This document shows positions 33,771 to 45,615 of a stretch of 64,000 nucleotides of DNA, one piece after another. The DNA comes from Fistulifera solaris. Taxonomy: Eukaryota. The position numbers and the translations under genes are program-made. Within the stretch, counting starts at the first letter, position 1, and the number at the start of each line of letters is the position of its first letter. The notes under the pieces were generated by a model. It did no database searches, was not told the origin of the DNA, and worked only from the letters and a program-made list of their open reading frames with translations. The stretch lies in contig AP026126.1 in assembly GCA_030295235.1 (NCBI GenBank), forward strand, positions 1,550,001-1,614,000, read 5' to 3'.

Positions 33771-35988
33771 ATGAAGCTGGGTTCAAGGAAGAAGCTTTTA
33801 GGAGCTGTCCTCTTTCGGATGAGTAAGAAACGGCATGAACGGGGTTCGCAAGCGAGAAGCCATGAATGCCAATCAAGAGATGAAGTTTCTACATCGGAAG
33901 ACAGACTCTCCATTGACGATGGCCATCGAAATCTTTCAAGGGAAAGGGAAAATGCGGAAGGAAGGCACATGTCCGCAAAGGAGCAACAGCTGAAAAAATA
34001 TCGCATAAACGTCGTAAAGTCGCCCTGTAATTTAGACGACGACGACGACAGAAACGAAAATCGCGACGAGCGAGTGAGCAAGGACAAAGGGCTGCACACT
34101 AGTAGACCTATAAGATCTTCGAATAGTCCACAACGATCTGAGCACAATTTACGAATTCAGCAATCAAGAGGAGACGAGAAACGAATTGACAAGGAGAAGT
34201 GGTCAAAGGCATCATCGTTTCCGTCTGATGGCCTATCAACTTCGAGGTCCACACAAGATGAAATTGGCTGCTTCACTAGTAGCAGTCGAAGTCAATATCA
34301 GGAAGAAAGAGATATATCTGTTGATGATGAGGAATTATCTTTTCGGGGCGGTTATCTGGGAAAGGACCCAAGAGGGTCTAACATAGCAGAATACGAAAAT
34401 TCCAGTGAAGGAGAATGCCCACACGAAGACGAAATACCGTCGAGAAGGATGAGAGCAACGAGAAGCATTTCTAAGAGAAAATGCAGTTCGACAGTGAAGC
34501 TCGTGAAGTACATGTCTCACCGTGAGGGGGGCTGAAAAAGGATTTGAGGTGTTGCTGGAAGATTTTCGCAAATTTGTTACTTATTGCACGGTTGACATAG
34601 GAGCGACAGAGAATAGAGCGAGCGAAGAATCAGCAAATCGAAACACAATATCAAATCGAGAATCACAGCAAGGTGCAACCGCAGGGAATGTTCTACAGAA
34701 AGAGACATCAGTTGACGACGATGATACAAGCTCAACTAGTACCAATTCAAACAATTCACGTCGCGTTCTCGTGGAAACAGTCTCATCATCGTCCTGTGTC
34801 GACAACGTTGCCGACGAAGAAAGCGAAAGCATAGCATCGGTAAAGTCCATGAAACTAGTAAAAGACGTACGCACCAGTAGCGCAAGTTCGATCAGAGGGG
34901 CGGCCCCAAGAGAGTCTTTGCCACCACCACAAGAAATTCAACTAGTAAATGTAAGTGTTGCGGTCATCTACTGGATAATAAAAACGTCAGAACGAAGCAA
35001 AGTCGATCTGATGACGGATCTGAGCGATTCAAAAGCGACATGATGAGGGTCCGCTCGGAATTATCTCGCTCCTCGTCAACAACTTCAGAAATTAAACGAA
35101 TGCTCGATCAAACCTCCCCTCAAAGCGAGATTTGCGCTCATGAGAAAAAGGGCCCGTCTCCATTGATAGTATCGTCGGGGGATGCACCATCTTCATCCTC
35201 GCCTGACACGCTCGCAGAGGCCTCGAAGCGAGTAGAAACAATCTCGGAAACCCCTATGAATATGTGCTTCAGCATGTTCTCCTCGTTTTCTACCAACAAA
35301 CACCCTGACACACAAAACAATCCGAGCGACGATGGAAAGGACGAAATATTGGAAAGCCAAGACTGTGTAGATCTAGGGAATGCAAGAAGCAATGAAGTCG
35401 AACAATCAAAAGGATATGCCACTAGAGGAGAGGAGAGGCAAGTCGTGCAATTATCGATAGTTACGGGGAAGACAACTCAGTCGCCGCTTCAACCTTAAAG
35501 CCCAACGTATCCGTAAAATCATCTGAAAGAGCATCCGAAACACCATTGAATATGTTATTTAATATGTTCTCTTCTTTTCAACGAAAAATAATTCGGAAAA
35601 GAAAGACGATGGTTTCGAAGATAAAGAGAACGTTGAAGCTCCGCAAGACAATCAAGAGAAAGACAGGGTTGAAGCCAGCAGACTCAATGAGATTGGATTT
35701 CTTGGAGAAGACATTAGGCGTGCAGCAAAAGAAAAGATGGTAGCTATAGGAAGAATTCCGGCTATTGCTCGTCCGCCCCTGCCCTGTTCGTCAAAGAAAC
35801 TAGCCTCTCGCTACGTTACTTACCCGGTAGAGAGAGTAGATTCGCATTCCACTTTGCGGTCTTGCCCTCCTCGACTGTCAAGTGACGTGTCTCATCATCA
35901 ATCAAAGAGAGCGAAATCGGTGCTAATACTATCGCCTTCTTCAATAAGCCAAAGGAACGACAACGGTTGGAATCGTTGCGAGGTGTAA
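33771..35988 (+). CDS. Low-complexity disordered protein; five consecutive ORFs probably one gene broken by indels
   Basis: Continuous S/E/R-rich composition; break at G-run 34526-34532; a peptide repeat shared between fragments. Confidence 0.5.
35244..35580 (+). repeat. Intragenic direct repeat (35244-35290 vs 35534-35580)
   Basis: Encodes SETPMNMCFSMFSSF and SETPLNMLFNMFSSF. Confidence 0.7.
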
Positions 35989-36208
35989 GTTGATACGCAA
36001 ATTACTCGAAAGGGGGGCTGCAGCCCCGCAAAACAATTCATAACCCTCTTATAATATGTCTGACACGATAAAAGTTTATTAATTGAACTTAATGCGTCAA
36101 GATTGTGAGTCTCTCTTCAACACCATTCATTGGCTCTCGCCATCTATACCATGCGTGATGACAATAATCGAATGATGATATCATTTTAAAAGTTAGTAAT
36201 GTACATTC

Positions 36209-36782
36209 TTAGACAACTTGTAATTGCTTAACTGCTTGCTCTTCATTTGACTGGTTCTGTGCCTGGGCATCAGTGATAACCGGCGGCTTGGAAAGCGTCA
36301 TCAAGAGCGCCCATGCGCAGGCGACTCCAAAAGTCATGAGAATGCTACTCAACGGAAGGCCGTATCGGACATCCGTAACAGTGCACGCCGAGCAAAAGCC
36401 CGCAAACACGCCAAGAGCGTAGAAGTATTCCAAATGTTCTTGCTTCCAAAGTGGAAGTAGCCAGACAGACCTTGTGTAGCGCCGTGAAGCTCAAGAAGGA
36501 GGTGATTCCGGTCGATCCACTCCATAGGAGAGCGAATGCTACAATCTGCAAGCGACCCCATGAAGCCAGTGAATACTGATGCATGAGGATATAGAAGCCT
36601 GCTACACTGAAGGTAATACCGATAAGGGCACCCATAATGAAGTGGGCAGCTTTCTGAAAGTAGCTGACTTGATTCGAGACGAAGACGGTGGGCTTTTGTT
36701 CGATCAGCGGGGTTTCGAGATCATTTTGCGAGTTGGCGCTGTCATCAAAGACAGCTGGACTGACGAACATACTGAAGCTCAT
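36209..36782 (-). CDS. Small multi-pass membrane protein (one copy of a 4-TM repeat); indel near 36435
   Basis: DLETPLI; GALIG; FALLWS; EYFYALGVFAG...TD. Similar to 41666-42748 and 52226-53245. Confidence 0.65.
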
Positions 36783-37384
36783 GGTTATTAACTGGAACGA
36801 ACGGTGAAGTGGTTTCGCTACGTGTTGTTTTGTGAAGGAGTTCTCTTCACTTGTGAAATGTGAAGGACAGAATTTCTTCGACCAGCAATCACCGGCGCGG
36901 CACTTGCGAGCCTGTCAGCCTTAAGTATTAGTTGAGAAAAGATATCACTATGATAATTTGTCGTCAAGAATTGTAGGTCGTCTTCGTTTTGCGAGAGTTT
37001 TGCCTTATGTAAAACACGTCCTCTGACTACATGCTTAAGTGAAATCATGAGAAAAATGCCGCGCTTCTGATTATAACGTCATGCTCGCTCGCGCGACATG
37101 TTTGTGCGTTTCTATGGTTAGCGAAGTGAGTGGAGAAGTCTTTGTGGTATTGATTCTTGATACTGAGTTATAAATATACTTAACGCTAATGCTGAAGGTT
37201 GATATTAAGCATGAACGACAAAAATGAAAACATGGACATCTCGCGAACATTTGACGACGATGATGCGTCGAATCATTTGAGTAAGAATACGCAATGTTCC
37301 ATAAACTAGATCATTAGTGTCCTTGCAAAGCTCAATAGCCCTTAATTCCGTTTCATAGCAAGAAATTAGAGTCACTCGTAAAGA

Positions 37385-38220
37385 ATGAGCGTCAAAGCAT
37401 CGCAATGGTCCGATCTTCCACGTCGACTCGCCACAATTTCCATTGGTGTTCCTATTCTCTGGATTGTCTGGTCCAGCGATAAATGGAGGGTAATTTTCTT
37501 TCACGGAACCCACTTGGCAATGTGTTGGGAATGGTTGAATCTATCTGGCTGTCATTGGAGCTTTCTTTTGCTTTCATTTGGTCTCTCATTACTGGCCGAC
37601 GAATTCTTTATCGCCGCCTTTGCTAGCACGATTGCTCTGCTCAGTATAATGACTGCAGCTATCCCAGTTTCACAAACAAAAGCGGACGCCTTAATAACGG
37701 GACTGATCCTCATTTGTCTGCCTTTTCGTTCCTGGAACAACTTGGCTGAGAGCAGCTTTCGGGACACGGTTTCTCTTCTTTTGACGGTGTGGAATTGCGA
37801 CACTGGTGCTTTAGTTGTAGGTCGTCTAACGAAATCGGCTGGGTGGCAAGTTTCGTCATTTTGGCTGCAACGGATATCTCCTAGTAAGTCGGTTGGTGGA
37901 CTGGTCGGAGGTTTGCTATTTGGAACATTGACCTTCTGGAGTCTGCCGTGGTTTTGGCAGCTGATGGAGACCTTACAATTGACCACGATTGTAGTGGGTC
38001 TGCCAGTAGAAAGTCAACCTTCCTGCTACGTCTTCAAACGGGTGCTTTACTGTCGCTAGCCGCTATTCTAGGTGATGCGTGGGAATCTACGATCAAAAGA
38101 CGATACGGAGTGAAGGATTCTGGGAAGTTGCTGCCAGGGCATGGCGGGGTCTTGGATCGCTTTGACTCGAGCTTAATTGCTGTAATGATCTACCCCTTAT
38201 TATTGGGTACGAAGAGTTAG
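37385..38220 (+). CDS. CDS: Phosphatidate cytidylyltransferase (CDP-DAG synthase, CdsA-type); indel near 37990
   Basis: VWNCDTGALVVGR, ISPSKSVGGLVGG, GDAWESTIKRRYGVKDSGKLLPGHGGVLDRFDS. Confidence 0.9.
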
Positions 38221-38397
38221 AAAACCGGTCGCCATGGCTGGTGATCCATCAAGTCAGTTTACACGTTATCATTCTTTTTGGTGAAGTGGCAACTCATAGA
38301 AATGACTTTTGTGATGTAATTCAGTAGGAACTTGGTATTGTTAACAATTTGATCTTGATTACAGCTTTTTAATTCGCACATTTCAAAAAAATCAGCC

Positions 38398-40034
38398 CTA
38401 CGCGAGAAGATTTGACACGGGAAAAGACAGTAAACTACCGCCGAGAAGTCCTAACGCCACAGTGAAAGTAAGAATTTCGGACATGCGCCGATTCGTATGA
38501 CTCTCGATATTGCCGTTCGAACTTGCTATCAAAGAAGGCGCATGGGCGAATGATACTGTCAAGAGCAATCCATTGGAAACGGAAAATGCCACCTGGACGA
38601 TGAAGGAATACAAATCGCTAGCAATGTGAAAGCGAGCGCCGTAAGATGAATCGCAAGACAGAAGGAGTGGAATAAAGGCAACGCGAAGAAGGGATGCGGT
38701 TACCAATCGATGCCGAAGAAACTCTAAATATCGTCCTGCCATGAGCCGTCCCATGAAATCTCCGATGTTGAAAATGAGAAACGTTATGGGTGTGTACAGA
38801 TCATTGGCCAATCGAATATGCGAATTACATCTCCATATACTTGTCAATTCCGACGTCCAACCCGGGAAAAGTGCTAGTGTGACAACGAATGTGGTAAATA
38901 TACAAGTAGTTGGTTCTCTGACGAGCCACAAAACTTGGGCGGCACTAATTGTCACCGACTCATTGATGCCTGCAACACTGTCACGAAGCAAACCATCTGC
39001 AGCACCATAAGAATTGTGCGATGACATGTCTAGTCGCTCGTCTCTAATTGAACGGTCTTGTGAATGATGGATTTCCTCTTCATCGTCATCGGCATTGGGA
39101 AGTAACTCTACCCCAATGCGCTGTGACTCTCGTTCAAAATCGGTAGTTGTAGAGGAGTAACTCTCGACCTCCAAGCGTAGAGCATCAATCATTGAATAGC
39201 CGATCACGCACATCACAAGAACGAGTGCAGTTACAAGGAAATAGATGAACATACCCCAGTCTATGGAATAATAGTTACCACATGACTGAGCCTCACCCAA
39301 AACGCGAGTGTCAAGGCTGATTTCTCCGTCCAAGGTATGGGAACAACTGTTTTCCAGTATTCATCGGGATTCTTGGAGATAGCAGCAGCAAAGTTGGCCA
39401 ACGAAACAGCTACACCACCCAAGGACTGGCCTTGTAGAAATGGACTCATCGCCCAGCCGGGACGAGTAAAAGTTGTTGCCGCTGCAACAACTCCCGCCGA
39501 TGCCACTACGTTAATGGCTCCTGATACAATCAAGCTGAATAAAGTCCATCCAGCGATACCCGTCATGGAGATCGAGGTGACCATGATAGCCTGTACAACG
39601 AATATCACGACGTACGTTACGAAAGGAACCAGTACGAACCAAAATTTCGATGTATTTTCGTCGCATGAATCTGACCTTTGATCGTTGGGCTCTTCCGTGA
39701 GTAATCGTCGATGTCGTGTTTGCTCCCACCACCACTGTGTTAATAGAATAATTCCCATCGAAACAACGGACGAGAGTGTGAAAAGCACCACAAAGGTTGA
39801 TTCCATATGAGCCATGCAGAAGCGCGCTTGAAAATAATCCTTTGCTGAAATGAAAGCATTCCAGGGCACGAGGACTCCGATTCCCAAGAGACAGAAAACT
39901 CCCCTCAATAGTGAAACAGGTTTTACCCATTGCGTCAGCAGGAAACGAGACGACTGTTGAATTCGTTCTGTCGGAGCAAACGATGACCCCGATATTGTCG
40001 TATCTTCATGATGATTGTTGTCATCGCTAGACAT
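38398..40034 (-). CDS. ENT: Equilibrative nucleoside transporter (ENT/SLC29); indel near 39345
   Basis: LLGIGVLVPWNAFISAKDYF, GQSLGG, FVVTLALFPG, FLIFNIGDFMGR, SNGLL, GLLGGSLLS. Confidence 0.88.
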
Positions 40035-40688
40035 ATTCAAGAATTTTTCTTGGATTTTAAAAATGGTCAGGGCATGTTGGTGTTCATATAATGTTGTTGA
40101 CAACCGTAAAGCGAAATAATCGGAAAAGGAGCAGCACTCGCCTATCACTCAGACTAGGGATGAAGCTTGAAAAGAAGGTAACTTCAGCTGGCTTTGTGTT
40201 CTACCAGGTAAACGAGAGGAACATGTAGAGCTCAGGGTAAGTCGAAACGTTACCCTTCTGATCAAGATAATTCCTCTTGGTTCGTGGACTTATGCTTTGT
40301 TATTGTCTATGTGATCGTTTGATGTTGCATGTTGCCTAAACCTCTACTGTGGAAGCGTCTCAGTAAAAAGTGGAAGTTGTGCAAGCAAGGCTGGCGAAAG
40401 GGAGGGGTTTTTACATAGCAGCTATACTTTTCAACGCCGTCGAATTTTTGGTACTATGTCATAGTATCCATAGATCTATCTATGTGATTAAAACGCGAGC
40501 CGCTCAAAGGTCGCCCGCAGGCCCATAAATAATTTTGATCAATTAACTGGAGACAAAAGACACCGGTGTCCCGCTCCACGCAAAATCCACAACAACGATG
40601 GATTTTGGAAACGACGATAAATGAGAAGTGTTCATCGATATTACTCCAGAGTACAAAACGAACAACTAGCAACTTAATAAATTATCGG

Positions 40689-41060
40689 ATGGCTCCAAAG
40701 TGCCGAGAGTATCGATTAGAAACAGATGAATTAGCGGATGAACACGATTCTCGCGGACCAGCAGTAGTACACGGCTTAGTTTACTCGAGTAACAGCGATA
40801 ACCGGCTTCCAACCGTCGGCATGTTCGAATGGGAGACCGAAGACGACGAGAGGAGCCGGATGATTTCGTCTGTCTGCTCGAAAGCTCCCTCCAGAGTCAG
40901 CGATCATAGCTCGATCGCCAAATCGTCGAGCGAGGATATAGCCGAGACACGAAAATGTCCTGACCAGGTGATCAACGAGCAGTCAAAATGGCACTTTACG
41001 TTTCCTCTTCTCGACTGTTTTTTCGACATGCCGTGTTGTGCTCGTTATTCAAGCCCATGA
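40689..41060 (+). CDS. Short hypothetical protein with Cys-rich C-terminus
   Basis: ATG at 40689; acidic and S-rich; ends FPLLDCFFDMPCCARYSSP. Confidence 0.4.
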   Translation: MAPKCREYRLETDELADEHDSRGPAVVHGLVYSSNSDNRLPTVGMFEWETEDDERSRMISSVCSKAPSRVSDHSSIAKSSSEDIAETRKCPDQVINEQSKWHFTFPLLDCFFDMPCCARYSSP

Positions 41061-41665
41061 ATACCTTCCGCGCTTTCATTCGACTTCATCACTACTTGAT
41101 AATTTGACTACAAATCGAAACGATCATCAAATCGACAAGAGCATCGGCATCATTTCCATTCACATACCCGTACAAAAAATCCACCGCTAGTTTCTGTCAT
41201 TATTATTTCCTTGGATATCGGCGCTTGATAAGTATCATGATGCTCAGCGTGCAATCCTTGCTCATCGTCCTCCGTAGGAAATGAATGATACTAAACCCCT
41301 TTTAGTCCTACCAAAATGACCGATTTTTTTTCTCCGTTGTAACCGATCTACATCCATGCCGAAATAGAGAGTTGAAACGATGAACTACTTTGTAGCTCTC
41401 TAGAGAGATTGGTGGTTCACGTCCTTCACAGGTTCACAGGCCATAGCTAATACGGAGTAGTAATAGCTACCTTAGTTGGTCTGAAAGTCGCCCGTTTTTA
41501 GTCGCAGTCACAGTCACAGAGCCGAAACGTGATCCGTTTTTCCATCCTTTTTTCTGAAATGGATCTGTCCGTTCCAACGCACACATGCCAAAAAATGGAA
41601 CAGATGTGTCTGGATTTGTATCCGCCCTCGCATAAAAGCTGGAGATTACTCGATCGAACCGTACG

Positions 41666-42748
41666 ATGGTGTTACCTAAAACAAAAAAGGGGGAGGAATC
41701 CTTGAATGGGGGAGGAGAAACAAGAAAATCCAAGGGCGTTGACGATGATGATGATGATGATGAGGTTCAAAGAATTACTAGAATGATGAGTGAAGAGGCC
41801 GTGCTAACTAGTTGCAAACGTTACAGTCTTATTCTCGGAGCAGTAATCGGATGCTTCATACAACTATCTTGTATGGGGGCTTTCTTTGTCTATTCAAAGC
41901 TGGCACAAGGGCATCACTATTCTATGTGGGCTTTCAGCCTGATATGGTCGGCGTTCACCAGTTTAATCGGCCTCGGAATCATGATTATTCTTTCAGTAAT
42001 GTTTCGACGTGTTTCGTCGAATGAGAACGTATTGTTGCATTTGGAGCTTTATGTCTCCTCTGGTGCTGTCATCGGAGTTTGCTTCACTTGGCTTGTAAAG
42101 AATATCTGCATGGGAGTACCAGATCTTGTGTGGCAGTCATTACTGTCAATCACCTTGACAATATGTTACATTGTTGTGGCGAAACAGCTGGTTTACTATT
42201 CCGCACAAGACGAAGATACTAGTGAAGCGAACGATCTGGCGAAGCCCCTCCTCGAGAATCGGACAATTACAAGCAAAAATGACTTGTGGAAGACCCGACG
42301 TCTCGGCTACACTTTGGGCTCTTTCATTGGGTGCTTCGTCCAAACAAGCTCCTTGGCAGCACACCACATGTTTCTACAGTATCGCGATGTACTGATGCAG
42401 GCGTCAGGGCTTGGCGATTTTGCGATCGTATTGATTTGCCTCGCATGGGACATTGTGATTTGTTGTCTAGGGGTGGCCGCCCTTCTTCTTGTGCGAAAAG
42501 TAACCCATCGTCTACGCGTGCACTCGCCGACAGACGAAGAAAACAGACACTTGTTTCTGTTTGAGGCATGCTATTGTACGGGGGCTCTGTTCGGTGTTAA
42601 TGTTTGTTGGATGGCCACCGACATGATTTTGGGACTTCACGACTTGCTCTACAAAACTCTCGTGACTTTGACGATGTCGCTGCTAATTTACTTATGGAAT
42701 CAAAGAGCAGAAGCAAGTGAAGAATCTTATGAGAATCAAGAAGTTTAA
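41666..42748 (+). CDS. Multi-pass membrane protein with an internally duplicated 4-TM repeat, unrecognised family
   Basis: Repeat 1: LGAVIGCFIQLS..FSLIWS..LELYVSSGAVIGVCFTW. Repeat 2: LGSFIGCFVQTS..CLAWD..FEACYCTGALFGVNVCW. Linker NDLAKPLL. Confidence 0.75.
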   Translation: MVLPKTKKGEESLNGGGETRKSKGVDDDDDDDEVQRITRMMSEEAVLTSCKRYSLILGAVIGCFIQLSCMGAFFVYSKLAQGHHYSMWAFSLIWSAFTSLIGLGIMIILSVMFRRVSSNENVLLHLELYVSSGAVIGVCFTWLVKNICMGVPDLVWQSLLSITLTICYIVVAKQLVYYSAQDEDTSEANDLAKPLLENRTITSKNDLWKTRRLGYTLGSFIGCFVQTSSLAAHHMFLQYRDVLMQASGLGDFAIVLICLAWDIVICCLGVAALLLVRKVTHRLRVHSPTDEENRHLFLFEACYCTGALFGVNVCWMATDMILGLHDLLYKTLVTLTMSLLIYLWNQRAEASEESYENQEV

Positions 42749-42839
42749 ATCCGTTGCATATTAAAATACCAAACATTTCTAGAATATCCCGCCCCTTACA
42801 ATAAAATTTGACATACATTGTCTTTCCAGCAACAAGTTA

Positions 42840-43664
42840 CTACAAAGCAATTGGAACCACACTACTATACCCTCCATCTACGTAGACCGTTTGCCCTGTC
42901 ACGCCTGTCGAATCGGAGAGCCAGCTAACCACATTAGCTACTTCCTCGGCGCTGACATTCCGTCGCAACGGTGACGTGTCTTTCACGGCCTGTTGCAGCG
43001 TACTAAAGTTCCGAATCCCACCGCGAGCTGCTGCAGTAGCAATCGGACCAGCGGATACGGCGTTGACGTGCAGTTGATGCGTGGGTCCATACTCCAATGC
43101 GAGCCCTCGTACCATGGCTTCTAAAGCAGCCTTGGCTGGACCCATGGACTGATAGTTCGGAACCGCCCGGACGGCTCCCAGGTAAGTCAAGGCAACGAGT
43201 GACGAATGGTTACCCGTCATACCAATATCTGGTTTATGGATCAAATCCTGTTCTGCCAGCTCTCTGGTCAACTGTAAGAAAGAATAAGCCGAGATATGTA
43301 GTGCTTGTGAAAAGACCGGCCAACTCGATTGCGAAAGGCGGGGTTCCTGCATATCAGCGTACGCTATACTATGTACAACCGCGTCAAACGACCGATGATC
43401 TGTCAGAAGAGATGGTACATCAACTTGCAGTAATTGCGGGATAGCATCGTTGCATTCCACATTACAGGAAACTGCCCCCAGTATCCGACCAAACGAAGAA
43501 CTGCCCTTCTGTTCGATCAATTTCTGCACAGTTTTCTCAAAGCGAGCCGATTGGTAGGTGAGGATACAATCATAATTTCGACTCAGAAAAGACTGCACAC
43601 AAGCCCAAGCAATTGAGCGTTGATTTGCGACGCCCATGATGAGGGCCAATTTTCGCGATGTCAT
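42840..43664 (-). CDS. fabI: Enoyl-ACP reductase, bacterial FabI type (SDR), intronless
   Basis: LIMGVANQRSIAW, VHSIAYA, ISAYSF, LTYLGA..VPNYQSMGPAKAALEA (Y-x6-K), VNAVSAGPI, TGQTVYVDGG. Confidence 0.88.
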   Translation of the reverse strand: MTSRKLALIMGVANQRSIAWACVQSFLSRNYDCILTYQSARFEKTVQKLIEQKGSSSFGRILGAVSCNVECNDAIPQLLQVDVPSLLTDHRSFDAVVHSIAYADMQEPRLSQSSWPVFSQALHISAYSFLQLTRELAEQDLIHKPDIGMTGNHSSLVALTYLGAVRAVPNYQSMGPAKAALEAMVRGLALEYGPTHQLHVNAVSAGPIATAAARGGIRNFSTLQQAVKDTSPLRRNVSAEEVANVVSWLSDSTGVTGQTVYVDGGYSSVVPIAL

Positions 43665-44350
43665 GCTTTTCGGTTCGATCCGAAGAATCGATCCTACTTT
43701 TATGTTTCAAGTTCTGAAAAGGCTTGCGTTACAGTGATTCATGAAGTTACTACTAGCTCTTCAATCTTCGTCAATAAAGATATCAGTATCATTCACACTC
43801 TTTCTCATTGCAGGTTTGTGGCATTTCATTCGCATTCACTCTTCATTCACCATATTTCGCAAAATGCATTCATGACTCACTCTGAGAATCAGGTCGTGGT
43901 CCCATGAGAGAGCGAGAACCAACTGTTGGACCTCATTCGTGATTCATGACTGAGATGCAGTCGTGGGGTAATACCGACAACACTTTGGGTATACAGTAAA
44001 TACCCATTGGCACGATCCGAAAGGCTTTTCGAAGTGAAGATCTAAATAACTCATCATCATCCTCTTTAAATAAAAGAATTACTCGGAGTACGTGAGAATT
44101 CTTCGGTCAATTCTGCGCCATCCAGATGCAGCCCATTTACCCGGGTTTTACGTTTGCGTCGTAGGGAAATTATTTATCGACAAAGACGGGTACCCGGATA
44201 TTGTTTTTTACCGCCATTTACTCGGTATATTTTTTTTATACAAGAGACTCATCCCTCCCCTTGCTTTGTTATTTCTTCGGTCTACCACACCATCGAGTCA
44301 AAGTGATTCTTTAATAATCCTGTCAAACGCTCCCGCAACAACGGCCCACA

Positions 44351-45527
44351 ATGCGTTCCATGGCAGTAGCGACAGCAAGAAGATTACAACTTCGACACCA
44401 GAGACTGACAATTCGGCCATTTACGGCAGAGCAACGGACTGATTCATCAGCGACCGAAGATGCCAAGAGACGACAATCCGAAGCAAAGTTAGAAGCCAGG
44501 TTTCTGACCGCAAATAAATTCACTGACTTGCCCGACCCCCAGAAAGAAAAAGGCACTACAACAACTACAACTACGTTTACAGGAACTGCACAAAGCCGGA
44601 AATGCTCGAGCAGCGCTCAAAGTTGCCGAAGAGCTACACCAAGAGACAGAAAAACATCTCGGTGCGCATCATCCGGCCACGGCTTCCGCACGCTCGAATA
44701 TTGGGTTACAGCTCAAGCTCCTGGGAAAATGGAACGACAGTCGTAAACAATACGAACAGGCACTGAAAATTTATCGCGCGACGGTGGGTCATGATCACGC
44801 GAGCACTGCTTCCGTTCATCACAATTGGGGAACACTGTTGCGCACGCAACTGCATCTGGACGATTCTCTGAGTGCAACGGACCGCTTAAGTGTTTTGGAA
44901 ATGTCATTGGAGCACTTGGAAAAGGCGTACAAAATTCGATTGGCGGAATTGGGAGCCGAACATCCTCATACCGTGGCAAGTCGGTCGGGATGGGGCGCAT
45001 CGTTAGCGTCGCAAATATTGCAGAATTACAAACAGACAACTAAAGGGGTGTACCGTTCTATGGTTCCAGAAGAAGTGACGACCAATGGCTGGGATGCTGC
45101 AGAAGAGCACTTGCGACAAGCGTACGTCACAGCTCTGGCGAATCCACGAGGACGTGGATTGCAAAATCAAAAGACGCGCGCCAAGACAAAACGACAAAAG
45201 CCGACACAACAACAACAACTCACCACGATACAGACCTTATCGGCGGCTTCGGCCGGACAAAACCTAGCCCTCGTGTTGAAAGCACGAGCGGCGGTCTCGG
45301 GTGACAACGAACGACTGAACGAAGCGCGCGATTTGTACCGGCAGGTCCTACAAGTGCGAGAGAAGCTATTGCCAGCGGACCACCCCGATTTGTATGCGAC
45401 CAAATTTAGCTTGGCTGAACTATTACAAGCACAAGGTGACGAAGAAGCTGCCAATGCGATACGGCAGGAAATTGTGGATACTTATGACCCGCCAGAATAT
45501 GACGAGAATGACAAGAGTGCGACATGA
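44351..45527 (+). CDS. TPR-repeat protein (kinesin-light-chain-like TPRs) with probable mitochondrial presequence; broken by indels
   Basis: R-rich N-terminus; repeats GHDHASTASVHHNWG, LGAEHPHTVASRSGWG, LPADHPDLYATKFSLAELL. Confidence 0.7.
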
Positions 45528-45615
45528 TAAAAGAGTTAATGATGAAAAATAAAAGCTACATAGACCTAAAGTATAAACTTTTTAATAATGTGCCGTGCGA
45601 GAGTAAACATCCTAA

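Noticed and set aside
41743..41762. (GAT)n trinucleotide run
   Set aside because: Encodes a poly-Asp tract within the CDS; no separate significance.
42840..43664. Bacterial contaminant sequence around fabI
   Set aside because: Flanked tightly by eukaryotic genes of similar composition, with intron-containing genes nearby and no operon context.
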